Shown piece by piece: positions 1-12,978 of a stretch of 64,000 nucleotides of DNA. Origin of the DNA: Eledone cirrhosa. Taxonomy: Eukaryota. The stretch lies in the NCBI GenBank assembly GCA_964016885.1, contig OZ024743.1:12028001-12092000 (forward strand). Direction: 5' to 3'. Below the pieces are notes generated by a model. It ran no database searches, was not told the origin of the DNA, and saw only the letters and a list, made by a program, of their open reading frames with translations. The first letter of the stretch is position 1. Each line of letters opens with the position of its first letter. Made by a program: the position numbers and the translations under genes.

Positions 1-86
1 ACAGAGCATTTTATTCCCCACACAAAACATTTCTCGTTCGTAGACTATGCACAATTTTCATTAATTTATGTATGAGCGTTTGTTGT

Positions 87-141
<55 letters not shown>

Positions 142-157
142 AATATATATAAAACGG

Positions 158-194
158 CAGTAGCAGTAGTAGCAGCAGCAACAGCAGCAGTAGT

Positions 195-292
<98 letters not shown>
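158..292. repeat. Compound (CAG)n/(TAG)n trinucleotide microsatellite, preceded by (TA)n at ~89-137
   Basis: Directly visible; the ORFs 11..328 and 61..333 are translations of this repeat. Confidence 0.95.
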
Positions 293-792
293 ATGAAATA
301 TAACATTTTCAAAAAAAGGTGAATGCACACCACACGCGTAATTGCGTTTACTTATCGAATCGATATTTTAGATTTTCAGATGTTGCAAAATCATTATTTT
401 GAGTACAGTCAGCAAGAGGTAAGGTCACCTTGAAAAACTTTCGTAAAGAATGACGACAGAAACTCGTTTACTATGACCAGTCTCATTAATCACAATTAAT
501 GCGGTAGTCTTACAACAATGTAACGTTCTTGCTAGTTATTTGTTGTAACACTAGAATATGTAAGCGTTGTGGGTCATAAACAAGAGGAGGAAACACCAGA
601 CAAGACAAACCATTAACAATGATAGAGCATCTATGTGATCATTTGACTTACTAAAAATATACTGCCACATCTTCCACAAATCACACACAGATGACTTAAA
701 AATGTAAGGATGCATTAAACAATGTTATCTCAGATACTGAGTCGATAGAACATCAGAGAGAATGCTTTGCAGTATTCGAATTATCTCACTGC

Positions 793-880
793 ACTCTTGA
801 GTTCAAATCCTGCCGTGGTTAACTGTGCCTTTCAACCTTCCGGGGTAGATAAAAAAAAAAGTACTAGCTCTGCACTGGTG
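793..880 (+). mobile_element. tRNA-derived SINE fragment (family A, Meta/MESC-like central domain)
   Basis: B-box GAGTTCAAATCC followed by GTTAACTGTGCCTTTCAACCTTCCGGGGTAGATAAAA, matching fuller copies at 18680-19520 and 60590-61030. Confidence 0.7.
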
Positions 881-1119
881 TCGGTTTTTCTACTGTATCC
901 CTTTCTTAATTCCTTTCTCTCTCTGCCCCCTCACTTTCTCTTGGAGAAATTTGCTGTATTCATACTTGAGAGTGGATGGACTCCAGCAGGTTTTTAATGT
1001 CCAAGACACGCCGTATGTAACGGTGGTGCTCCTTTGACTCCATCAAGATTTACGGTTCCAAAAGAAGAAGTCCTATATATACGTGTGTGTGAGAGAGAGA
1101 GTGTTTGTATACATATAGG

Positions 1120-1265
1120 GTGAGCTTCAGCACATTTTTCCTCTACTAGATTTCACCCACAAGGCATTGGTCAAGACGAGGCTATAATAGAAGACACTTG
1201 CTAAAGCGTCACGTGGAACTGAACCCGAAACCACATGTTTGCAAAGCGAACTCCTTAACCCCATA
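1120..1265 (-). mobile_element. tRNA-derived SINE, CORE-like, degenerate
   Basis: Minus strand reads GGTTAAGGAGTTCGC...GGGTTCAGTTCC...TTTAGCAAGTGTCTTCTATTATAGCC: tRNA-like head plus CORE-like motif. Confidence 0.55.
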
Positions 1266-1473
1266 ACTCTCTCTCCCATCTCACTTTCCCTTATATATAT
1301 AGATATGTGTATGTGTGCGTGCGTGCGTGCGTGCGTGCGTGCGTGTGTGTGTGTGTACACCCACATGCATGCGCGATTTATGCTACGTATCAATTCCGCT
1401 TTGTGATAATCACAGTCAATATATGCCAGTAGACTTCAAACTCAAACTTTTTTACCCCCGTTAATGAGATTAA

Positions 1474-1860
<387 letters not shown>

Positions 1861-2301
1861 CTGTATATAAATGTATGCTTGGTTAGGTATATATGTAACT
1901 AAGAACGTCAATTGCCATCACTTGGACGTAAATACACTAGAATAAACCAAAGCTATACCCCAATTCAAGCAAATGTAATCCATAAGCGTACATTCGACCT
2001 CACTCAGCAGACACACACCGCAAAAGGAAAAGGAAAAATCACACACTCCTCCAACGTTATTCACAAACACCATCAAATGCAGCAACAACGATCCCACAGA
2101 CAGACCTTTCTGTATATGGTTAGTTATGCTTTGATTTGATTTCTTGTGCCACGTCATTTAGATATACATAACATAATAATTATTGACATAGCATGGTTTG
2201 GAGGAGTTGTTAAAACGGAGACGTTTAGCAGTATCTGTTCCGGCTCCTTACGTTCTGAGTTCGTAAACGAGTAAATAATAGAAAGATAGAGGTTATATGT
2301 C

Positions 2302-3105
2302 TTAACCCTTATGGTAAGAAAATGGGGTCCCACGTGCTGGCCTCCCCACAGCCCCGGCGGACAGAATGAAGAAGGCGTTTCCCCGGAGGATGGTAAGGGA
2401 GATGCGCTGGAAGAGCCATTCCAACTCGCGAGGCTCACATCTGCAGCTGGCCAGCTCAGCAGCTATGGTGGTGAATAGGGAGGTAGCCCTAGGGCCAAGG
2501 ACATCAGAAGTCTCCACTGCCAAGGGCACGACCGCAAACCTGTCGGAGAGCGACCGGTACTTGGTAAGTTTGGCCTCCTCAGCCCGACGTGCAGCAGTAT
2601 CTGCGGTAGTCGCAGACTGCACCAGGTTGCGGCTGGAGAAAGTGTCGCTGAAAGTGGTATTCCCGCGGAACGGGAAGATGATCATACCGTCTGGCCTTTT
2701 GCCGTCCTCTCGGCCCAACCCCACCGGATCGAGCTGAGAGGGGAAGCCTGCAGGGTCAAAGCCATGCTTTATGACCACGTTCAGGGCAGCATGGCGTAGA
2801 AGGCGGCCAGCAATGTGGCGACAGGAAAGCGGGTGGAGACCGAAAGAGTTCACAGTGGATCCACAGCGACATTTATGTGGCTCGCAGATCCCGAGTCCAA
2901 GCCTCAGGGAAACGCCGATGCACAGGTTATCATTATCCAGCTGCGTGCCAGTGGAGAAGGAGGGCAAGGCATGGAGCCAGGTACTACTGTGGGGTTTTGA
3001 AGCCGCGCGAAAATAGGCAGTGCTGGTCGAGCTGGCGCGTGAGCCTGTCTGAGGCCAGGCTGCACTGGATGGCATCCCAAATGCTTTGGGGGGACTTGAC
3101 GTCCT
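2302..3105 (-). mobile_element. CRE-clade-like non-LTR retrotransposon, 3' fragment (zinc knuckle plus restriction-like endonuclease)
   Basis: ORF 2302..3075 has WLHALPS...LRLG...CEPHKCRCG...HPLSC...RHAALN...DGKRPDG...PLAVETS...LFQRIS..ILRGNA, the typical RLE C-terminus of CRE-like elements. Confidence 0.85.
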
Positions 3106-3119
3106 AATATGACTCTATA

Positions 3120-3200
<81 letters not shown>

Positions 3201-3336
3201 CACACACACACACACACAGACACACACACACACACGCACACACATCGCACACACACACATATATATATATACATGCATACATATATATATACATACATAT
3301 ACATATGAATACACACACACACACACACACACACAG

Positions 3337-3367
<31 letters not shown>

Positions 3368-3410
3368 CACATACATACATACATACATACATACATGCAT
3401 ACATACATAT

Positions 3411-3489
<79 letters not shown>

Positions 3490-3495
<6 letters not shown>

Positions 3496-3780
3496 TCTTT
3501 CCCGTCGAATATCAACGTATGGGGGTTCAACAGTTTGCTCGATTCATGTTTTATGGCACTTTAGTCCAGCAGCTGATTTGCACATCAAGCAGCATTTAGT
3601 GCAGATGACAGGATTTTGAGTGGAGCAGGGTGGCATGTTTGATCGGATCTTGGTATTAGATCTTAGATCTCGATCATAAACCAGACGAGATTTAACAAAG
3701 TTCTTTATATCTTCATGACAGACAGTATATTGGGTGTGCAGTCCTCGGTCACCCGTAAGACCTGACCAGCCCATCTGAGT
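3490..3780 (-). mobile_element. RTE-clade LINE 3' remnant with C2H2 finger
   Basis: [17 protein letters not shown] resembles the C-terminal fingers of the RTE at 37328-40423. Confidence 0.55.
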
Positions 3781-4397
3781 TATGATTGCATCAGAAATTA
3801 CTCAATCCCACCAATGTTGCACCTCTTGAAGAGATCGATATTGGAGATTCTGTCAGAAAGTGCATGACCATAGATAGAGTAAAGAGAATATTTGTGGAAG
3901 ACATCAAACTTATAAATGTGGGTGCGATAAAGTCTCTATCCAAAAAGCACCCTCTTCAACAAGCAAGCTTAGTGGTGTTGGCGATTTAGTCACCGACAAC
4001 TCGATCATGTGACAAGTTGTGCAGTTGTACTCGGTTAATATTGTGTTGTTATTGCCTTGAGGAACTGGAATCATATGATTCCAGTTCCTCAGAGAAATAA
4101 CAACACAAGCTGGACATATCGATGTATTGACGGAGTAAAACACACTTCAACAACATGTGTACCTGTCTCTCCCACACCAATTAGGACTGCCTGAGAGGTT
4201 ACAGCCAATGATGGCTGTCACCGAAATATATATAGCAGTATATCTATAATTTATAATAAACGAAGCCAAATTTTACATATTTGACTTAATTACTTTACAT
4301 TACTCCGGAGTAAACAAACCAACCTGCGTACTTCGTCGAGTGCTCCAATCTGCATACTGAGGTGTCGGTAAATAACCAACATATACTCAAAATATAT

Positions 4398-4477
<80 letters not shown>

Positions 4478-4479
<2 letters not shown>

Positions 4480-4666
4480 CGAAGGAAATGTGGTAAGGAA
4501 CCAATTGGACCATAACGCACCAAAGTACTCAATACTTAGGGTAGTAGAGTGGGTATTAGGAACGAGTAGGACCCCGACGGCTGAGCTCAAGCCGTTTCGA
4601 CGGCTAATTCTGGACTTAATTAGCCGTCGAAACGGCTTGAGCTCAGCCGTCGGGGTCCTACTCGTT

Positions 4667-4670
<4 letters not shown>
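4478..4670 (-). mobile_element. Short palindromic element (family P1) carrying the 3' half of a hammerhead ribozyme, inserted in (TA)n
   Basis: Inverted repeat 4557-4670 containing GAAAC-GGCT-tgagctc-AGCC-GTC; other copies at 5120-5190, 10991-11195 and 17180-17352. Confidence 0.75.
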
Positions 4671-4701
<31 letters not shown>

Positions 4702-4707
<6 letters not shown>

Positions 4708-5060
4708 GAGAGTAAAACAAAGAAGCCTTCAATACATCAAAAGTCTTTATTAGCCGACAATGTTTCGTCTTATTAAGGACTCATCAGGGCAATTAAAACA
4801 ACAAGAAGTAATATCGGCAGATACAAGCTTCCGGCTTGTATCTGCCGATATTACTTCTTGTTGTTTTAATTGCCCTGATGAGTCCTTAATAGGACGGCGA
4901 AACATTGTCGGCTAATAAATGACTTTTGATGTATTGAAGGCTTCTTTGTTTTACTCTCTTAATTTTTCGGCTCTGTTTTACTACATTGAGCTATACCTTT
5001 CACTGTCATTTCTATAATACGAAGAGGGTGTTTAACTCTAACACACTCCAGTATTTTAAC

Positions 5061-5063
<3 letters not shown>
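4702..5063 (+). mobile_element. Fold-back PLE-type terminus (family P2): ~130-bp arms with an HHR in each arm
   Basis: Arms 4702-4828 and 4834-4964, loop TTCCG; flanked by (TA)n on both sides. Confidence 0.8.
4753..4790 (-). ncRNA. Minimal type I hammerhead ribozyme (mirror copy on + at 4872-4912)
   Basis: Minus: GCC-CTGATGA-GTCCTTAATAAGAC-GAAAC-ATT-GTC-GGC. The plus copy has a perfect stem II (GTCC/GGAC) but a 3-nt insertion before GAAAC. Confidence 0.8.
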
Positions 5064-5115
<52 letters not shown>

Positions 5116-5188
5116 AAAAGTGTGGTAAAGAACCAGGTGGACCATAGCGCACCGAAACAGCCGAAGCTTAGCCGTCGGGGTCCTTACT

Positions 5189-5439
<251 letters not shown>

Positions 5440-5461
5440 AAGAGAAGAGGAAGAGTTAATT

Positions 5462-5519
<58 letters not shown>

Positions 5520-6133
5520 TTGTGTATGTGTGTGTGGAGGTAACAAGTCTTTGAATCAAACTATTATTCTTCCATATATTCAGATTCTGATAAATCGAGT
5601 ACAATTTCCACTGAAAATCGATACATAACGTAAATGTATGTATATGTATCGATGATGTATGCATATTGGCTTTGTAATTTTCTCTTTATTCGCTGCAGGA
5701 AAATCAAAGATGTTACATGTTACTACCGTACATAGTCCCATGCATTAATGTGGTCGTCTGCATGTGTTTGTGTGTGTTTGTGTGTGTATGTGTGTGCTTT
5801 TAAGTATGTGTATGTGTTTGTGTGTACATGTGTTTGGGTATGCAGGCAAGTACATATTTGTGTGCATGTTTGTGTGTTTTGTGTGTGTGAGTGCATGTAC
5901 ACATCTGTGTGGGTGTGACTTTGTGTGCATGCTTAGATGTGTGTGTGTGTGTGGTAGTGTTTTGTGAGTTAATGTTTTTGTGCTTGTGAGTGTATATGCA
6001 TACACACGCATACAAACACACAATCATGTACATACATGATTGTGTGTTTGTATGCGTGTGTATGTTTATGTATGTGTGCGCGTATGTACAATGTTTGTAT
6101 GCATGTGAATGTATGTGTGTATGTTTGCCAGTA

Positions 6134-6168
<35 letters not shown>

Positions 6169-6486
6169 GTATAACGATATCCCATTTAATTACAGCGACG
6201 TATCGTCTCTGCTTGAAACCGGAAATTAAGTAAAACAAAGCCTCGATCCAGTTTTTGTGTAAACTTATGCTACTAGAGTGTCAAGGTGAATTATTTAATA
6301 TATCGGTTACATATGCAGTAATTTCATTACATCAACCGTAGCTCTATATTCCTGATTACTCAAGAAAATATTGCGTACTTATAGTTTATTGATTTCTAAT
6401 TTAGGTATAAGGCCAGCAATTTGTGTGGAGAGAGAAGTCAAATATACCGACACCAGTACTTTACTAGAACACAGCTGATTTCTTAT

Positions 6487-6605
<119 letters not shown>

Positions 6606-6609
6606 AGGA

Positions 6610-7145
6610 GAATTGACCCCTGTACTTTATTTATCAACCTCGAAAGAATGGAATGCAAAGTTAACCTCGGCGTGATTTGAGCCCAGAACGTAAAAAGTGT
6701 GAACAAATACGACTAAGCATTTTTACGATGCTCTGACGACCCTTCTAATCCACCGCCCTAACGTTCTTACAGTATAATGAATGATTTTTCTGGGAGGATT
6801 TATCAACTTCTATACCAATTATAACATTAGTAGTCTCTTGACTTGCAAGAAATATCAATCAAAAGTCCCTCAAGTCATTTCCACCCGTTTTAAAAAGAAA
6901 GGGTGTACTGAAACATCTATTCCTAGTATTTAATTCTTTCCAAAATTGACACAAGGCCAGTGATTTAGGTGGAGGGAAAAGTCAATTGTATCGAGCACAG
7001 TACTTAACTGATACTTTATTTTGCTCGACCCTCAGAATAATGAAATGTGAAGATGACCTCGGCGATATTTGAACTCAGAACGTAGAAAGTCGTAACTAAA
7101 TTCTGCAAATCATTTTCTCCTACGCTCACCCAATACTGGCTAGTT
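6610..7145 (-). mobile_element. Two degenerate family A SINE copies (~6610-6760 and ~6945-7145)
   Basis: Reverse complement of the TGAGTTCAAAT...GAGGT..CTT..CATT...GGGTCGA...AAAATAAAGTA motif. Confidence 0.65.
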
Positions 7146-9959
7146 ATATTGAAATTGATGTTGGTAGAGTTGTAGCCAAAACATCTTCATTATAGGTCTG
7201 GCTTAACATGACTGACCTGCTGTTAAACAGCAACAATGATCTCATTTGCAGACCACGCTCTGCCATGGCACCAAGAAAGTTATAGAAAGCCGAAGTAGTT
7301 AAAGGTTGATTTGATTCGTATTTCATTGCTGGCACTGCATATTTTCCATGGCCACTAAACTCAAATTTGACATAGAAAGGTCAACAAGAGAGCTACGACG
7401 TGACCTACTAGAACTAACAGCGGAATCAACCATAAATCCCCTTGAATCACTCTAAAAGATATACCGAAAAATCAAACACTAGATATTATATTCTGCTCGA
7501 GAAAAAGTGCTCACAAGTTTGAACATGTCTGATAGAGTGGTTTGTTACATTTTATGTCATATCGATACGGCTTGAGAATTACGTTAATAACGAATATCTT
7601 TGACGAGTAAATTAACGAACAAGTAGTGCAGTTGCTCGAACAACTAAATAGTCATCGTTGAAACCGACGGAGGCTCCATCACATTTTACAACTTTCGCAT
7701 ACTATGAAGAAATCAATAGTTAACATTTCACTGACGTTAATTCATTTCATTTTTCGCTGTAAATACACTTGGGAAAGTGAAAATTATATGGTCTTCTTCA
7801 CTTACTAAAATTTAGTGTTTAATGTAATGAATTCAGTATTTCGAAAGTATTCATTGGGTCTGTGCGTCACTTATGATTATAATGGTCACAGGAATTGCAT
7901 GAACATCACAAAATCGTATTTCGATTTCAAATATTTGTTAAACGTTTTGTTAGTGTATTTTCGAAAATAGAAACAAAATATTAAGGATGTTAGCAATTCT
8001 CTTTAACTAATTGTTGTTTTGTCCTCGAACAACCTTGATTCAAAGGTCAAAATTATTCCAGACATTTTTATGATCTTCTTTTCACAGACTCATGTTTCTT
8101 TTTTATAAAAATGCTAGGGAGTGATGTGGGGTGGAATTTGACTGCTATTTCTAACAGTTCGAGTGACCAAATAGAAATTATCATGATGGCTGAATCAAAT
8201 ACGAAGGGTGCCAGATTGGGACACAAGTAGCAGATTAAGCAGCTTTACAAAACTTCGCGCTATTTTAAAAGAAACTTCTTACTTTAACATTTTGTCTTTT
8301 AAAATTAACTATGCGACTTGACAACATACTGTATGCTAAACTAATACACACACATACACATTCACACACACATACACACACATGTATAAACTTTAAGACT
8401 CTCTTCTATTTCAAGCGTTAAGCTAATATATTTCTTCCATGTACCGTGCCGTTTGTTTTGTTAGTTTTGTTATTTCTGTTTACCTTTTATATAAATATAT
8501 ATATATATAATTTGTTTTCATTCTGACATAGCGGATATGTAAATGTATTCGTGAGTGAATAATGATATTAATAATATTATTAATATTATTATTATTACTA
8601 TTAATAATGATAATATTGTTATCATTCACTGACGAATGCATTTATATATAATTTATTTCGTACGAACTAATTTCTTTTGGTTTTCACCACAATCCACTAC
8701 GTTTTATAAAATTGACCTGGCAACTCTGACAGTAACTAGTTGTAGCCTTTTCAATCGATTTGCATCACGAATGTACCCCGTGGTGTATACACATTGCGAC
8801 ATACAATACTCCTTTCCTTGTAAATCTCCGATGCTTTCTTATGTAAATACGTTCACTCCGCAACATGGTTCAATTTTTATGAACAAATGACAAGCAAACT
8901 TTGCGACTAGATTTTCCAGTTAATGCTTTTGGGAGAAGAAAGAAAATTTCAATATAAATCTGAAATCCTTTGTCTAGCACAAGAAATTTGTATTTTCGTT
9001 GACCATTATTTCTTTTTTTCTCTTATTTTTATTGAATTATCCGAAATACAATTGTGTTTTATTATGCTCCAATAACTTACCATAATACATAACACATTTA
9101 CAAAAGCTTTTGATTTAATTTACTAAAACTAAAAAGTAATACCCATTTGACGAAATTAAATGCAATACTAGACTACAAATCGGAAAAACATTAATATTTA
9201 ACAGCCAAAATATTCTATTCTCTCTTCATATGTTTCCATTATAGTTTTGTCTTCCGAAAGCTATAATCGAACTAAAATACATTTCAAAATGTTCTTTAAA
9301 AAAAAGAAGAAAAGAAATCGATAATACGTAAATTGCATACTGAAAGTAGCCGAAATCAAGATATAAATAATTACTAAGAATTCATTTGATTTCCAGAAGA
9401 GCAGGATTTGTTTATTTGCTTTTCCCCCGGATATTGAATATTTTCAAAGCATTAAGTCAAATCAACTATTTGTTTAGATTAATTGATTACTGTCGATTAA
9501 ATGTCGATATAATTGGGAAAAGCTAGATCGATAAGACTCTAAAAATGATTTTTATTGCTACTTATTGAATTTACTGTTGGCTATGATAGAAGAAATAGTA
9601 TTATCTTCCTCTTGTTTGTTTTGTTTAGCTGTAGTGCTTTAAGTCCATTAAGTAAGATTGTATTTTGATTATCTCGGATTTTCTGTTGAAAGACATACCG
9701 TACTAACTCTATATTTCTTCCTTACACTCAACCACTACCCCTCCCCCATCTCTCCCTACTGACTGATGTATCTATCACTGTATGGAAGTGAATTTTCTAG
9801 TCTTTATGTGCAACATGTTATACATTCTCCCTATCCCACAAACTCGCAACTTCTCTCTTTAGCTCTTCCCACATATTTTATCTCAGTTTATATACATTAT
9901 ATAGACACACACACATACATAGATACATGCATGCATAGGCACATGTACACATGCTGATT

Positions 9960-10612
9960 GCTACTTCTTGTCAGAAGAGTGTCAGCCCTTCACCTCTTCA
10001 TTAAATATTGCACGATCATTTGAACGCAGGTGACTTTTCAAACCCGCTTTTGTGTCTTCCTACATTTTCTCATGTCTGGGCAGACCACCCTCTGACTTGC
10101 AAATTAAATCACACTTACTGCAAATGTACCGTGGAGTGTGTGGCGGTAGAACTATCCCACAGTTGATTCGATTTCTCCCCGGCTCGTGTGATTTCAGATA
10201 GTTAACAAAACGTGCTCTTGCTAGAAGAAATCGGTCACATACATTGCACCTCAATTCCTTCTGGATTTTTGCAGGCACTATACTTGAATTTCGCTTACGA
10301 AATGAACGCTTCAAAACAGCATACACCACTCGCTTTTTCTCAAAGACATCACATCCATATTTGATGATCTTTCTCCATGATGTACGGCCTTCAGCCAGTC
10401 CCTCCCAGCTTTCCATATCAATTTTCATAGCTTTAAGATTGTCTTTTATGACACCCTTATACCGCTTCTTTGATTTATGCTGTAGCCTTTTTCCTCTGGT
10501 CAGTTTCCCATAAATTAACTGCTTAGGCATCTTCCATCCTGACCACATGACCAGCCCAACGCATCTGGTTCATAATAATTCTCCTTTCAATACTGGTGCT
10601 ACCCGCTTGAGT
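9960..10612 (-). mobile_element. RTE-clade LINE 3' fragment
   Basis: QMRWAGHVVRMED / MPKQLIYGKLTRGKR..HKSKKRYK..IKDNLK plus C2H2 fingers; clearly homologous to the C-terminus of the 37328-40423 ORF. Confidence 0.85.
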
Positions 10613-10897
10613 ATGTACACATACATACATACATACATACATACATACATACATACATACATACATACATACATACATACATACATACATGCATGCGTGC
10701 ATACGTACGTATGTACACACATACTAGAAGCTGAAACATCTTGAACAAAATTTTCAAAGAATTTGATTACTCAGAAATGTGAAAGTTCCAGTTACAACTT
10801 AAGTCATGTAAGCATTTAAGGAAATCTGTAAATTTTATTTTATGTATGGAGTAAATTGTCCCCTTTTACACAGACAAAGGTTCACCTGTGTGTGTGT

Positions 10898-10952
<55 letters not shown>

Positions 10953-10990
10953 TATGTGTGTGTGTGCACATATATATATATATATATATA

Positions 10991-11192
10991 TAGGAAGAAG
11001 TATGACCCTGACGGCAGAGCTCAACCCGTTTCGACGGCAATTTCTGGAGTCCAGAAATAGCCGTCCAAACGGCTTGAGCTCTGCCGTCGGGGTCATACTT
11101 TTTCCTATTACCCACTCTACTACCCTCAGTATTGAGTACTCTGGTGCGTTATGGTCCATCTGGTTCCTTACCACATTTCCACATTTCCTTCG

Positions 11193-11195
<3 letters not shown>
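10991..11195 (+). mobile_element. Family P1 palindromic half-HHR element in (TA)n
   Basis: Inverted repeat 10991-11107 centred on TTTCTGGA-G-TCCAGAAA; 3' end CCACATTTCCTTCGTTA abuts (TA)n. Confidence 0.75.
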
Positions 11196-11251
<56 letters not shown>

Positions 11252-11445
11252 AATGGAAGTTTGGTAAAATTGAAGTTTTGGCTGTGGCTAAGCTGACGAT
11301 ATACAATTCGGAATGTGCAGCAAAGCACCCAATAAGGCTGTGTCACCTCAGAGTAATTAACATACGTTACGTAGCGTGATAAATTGAAAACTGCGGCAGG
11401 TGAGGCCTAGGCAAATAACACCAAAGCAACGAAAATACGATCAGG

Positions 11446-11551
<106 letters not shown>

Positions 11552-11805
11552 TGCCAAAACTGGAATTGAACCATCAGCACAGTTGAGGTATGTCAGACAT
11601 CAATTTATTTTATCTGATGTCAACACTTCCGGTTTTACGCCATTCCTCACTTTTTCTTATGACGTCGCACAACACCCGCCCCCCTTTTTTTAGTCAGTCT
11701 TTTTAGATAGATACATAGCTATAATGTAGCGGCCTTATAATATGTCTCTGCATTAGATAACGTTTTTCGAAATATCTACTTCTGTCTTCACATATTGATT
11801 TTTTT

Positions 11806-11849
11806 AGTTTCAGAAGATCCCGTTAAGGGTGAAAGCCTTTGCTTAAACT
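11806..11849 (+). ncRNA. Hammerhead ribozyme variant (CAGAAGA core) in a PLE 3'-tail remnant (~11758-11865)
   Basis: AGTTT-CAGAAGA-TCCC GTTAA GGGT-GAAAGC CTTT GCT-T-AAACT; flanks are homologous to 29565-29675. Confidence 0.7.
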
Positions 11850-11934
11850 TTAATCTGTTATTTATATATATATATTCGTGTACAGATATTTTTGCATACA
11901 CAAAAACAAAAACCTATTTATTTCACGAAATCAC

Positions 11935-12372
11935 AGACGGCTTATTGTCATTGTTACTGTTGGAGGTTAGAGGACCACAGTCTTTCCAAGATCTGAGAAC
12001 CATCAATGTCCATCAATGTTCCACTTACCGTTTGGCTTGCCAGATGCGTGGTATGTTACACGATGACAGCCATTAGCACCTCACCCTGCAAGAAGCAGCA
12101 AATGCTAAAGTCCCTTCTCAGCTGCGAAAACATTTTGCTATTTATTATGCTGCACAATTGCGATCTCGCCGACCCTCTCGCACTGTGGAACAACCACCGC
12201 GACAGTCTAGGTGAGGACATCCTCCACCGCACACGCAGACACAATCCGAACGTAACATACGATGTCGTTTTCAATGAGGCGCTCATTTGTCTTAAAAAAA
12301 GTGTCCTGGAGATTGGTGGTAGGCCTCTAAGTGAATACAGCTTACCTGCTCATGACAACTAATTCATCGCCG
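11935..12372 (+). mobile_element. Helitron RepHel internal fragment (pseudogenised)
   Basis: LLLLEVRGPQSFQDLRTIN..CSTYRLACQMRGMLHDD and DPLALWNNHRDSLGEDIL...NEALICL match the linker between Rep and the PIF1 helicase in Helitrons. Confidence 0.8.
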
Positions 12373-12373
12373 C

Positions 12374-12537
<164 letters not shown>

Positions 12538-12553
12538 CATACATATATAAATA

Positions 12554-12627
<74 letters not shown>

Positions 12628-12662
12628 GATATATATATACACATACATATATATATATTTAT

Positions 12663-12693
<31 letters not shown>

Positions 12694-12704
12694 CACACAC
12701 ATAC

Positions 12705-12771
<67 letters not shown>

Positions 12772-12776
12772 CACTC

Positions 12777-12807
<31 letters not shown>

Positions 12808-12893
12808 CACATACATACATACGTACATTTATCATCCAAGAGTATGTATGTATGTATGTATGTATGTATGTATGTATGTATGTATGTATGTGC

Positions 12894-12946
<53 letters not shown>

Positions 12947-12978
12947 CATACATAGATACATACATACATACATACATA

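Noticed and set aside
3786-4200. Possible DNA-transposase remnant (EEIDIG...KKHPL)
   Set aside because: Similarity is too vague to support without a search
7144-7335. Short ORFs here and at 30047-30265 as downstream exons of the collagen gene
   Set aside because: No C1q or collagen motifs and no convincing splice context
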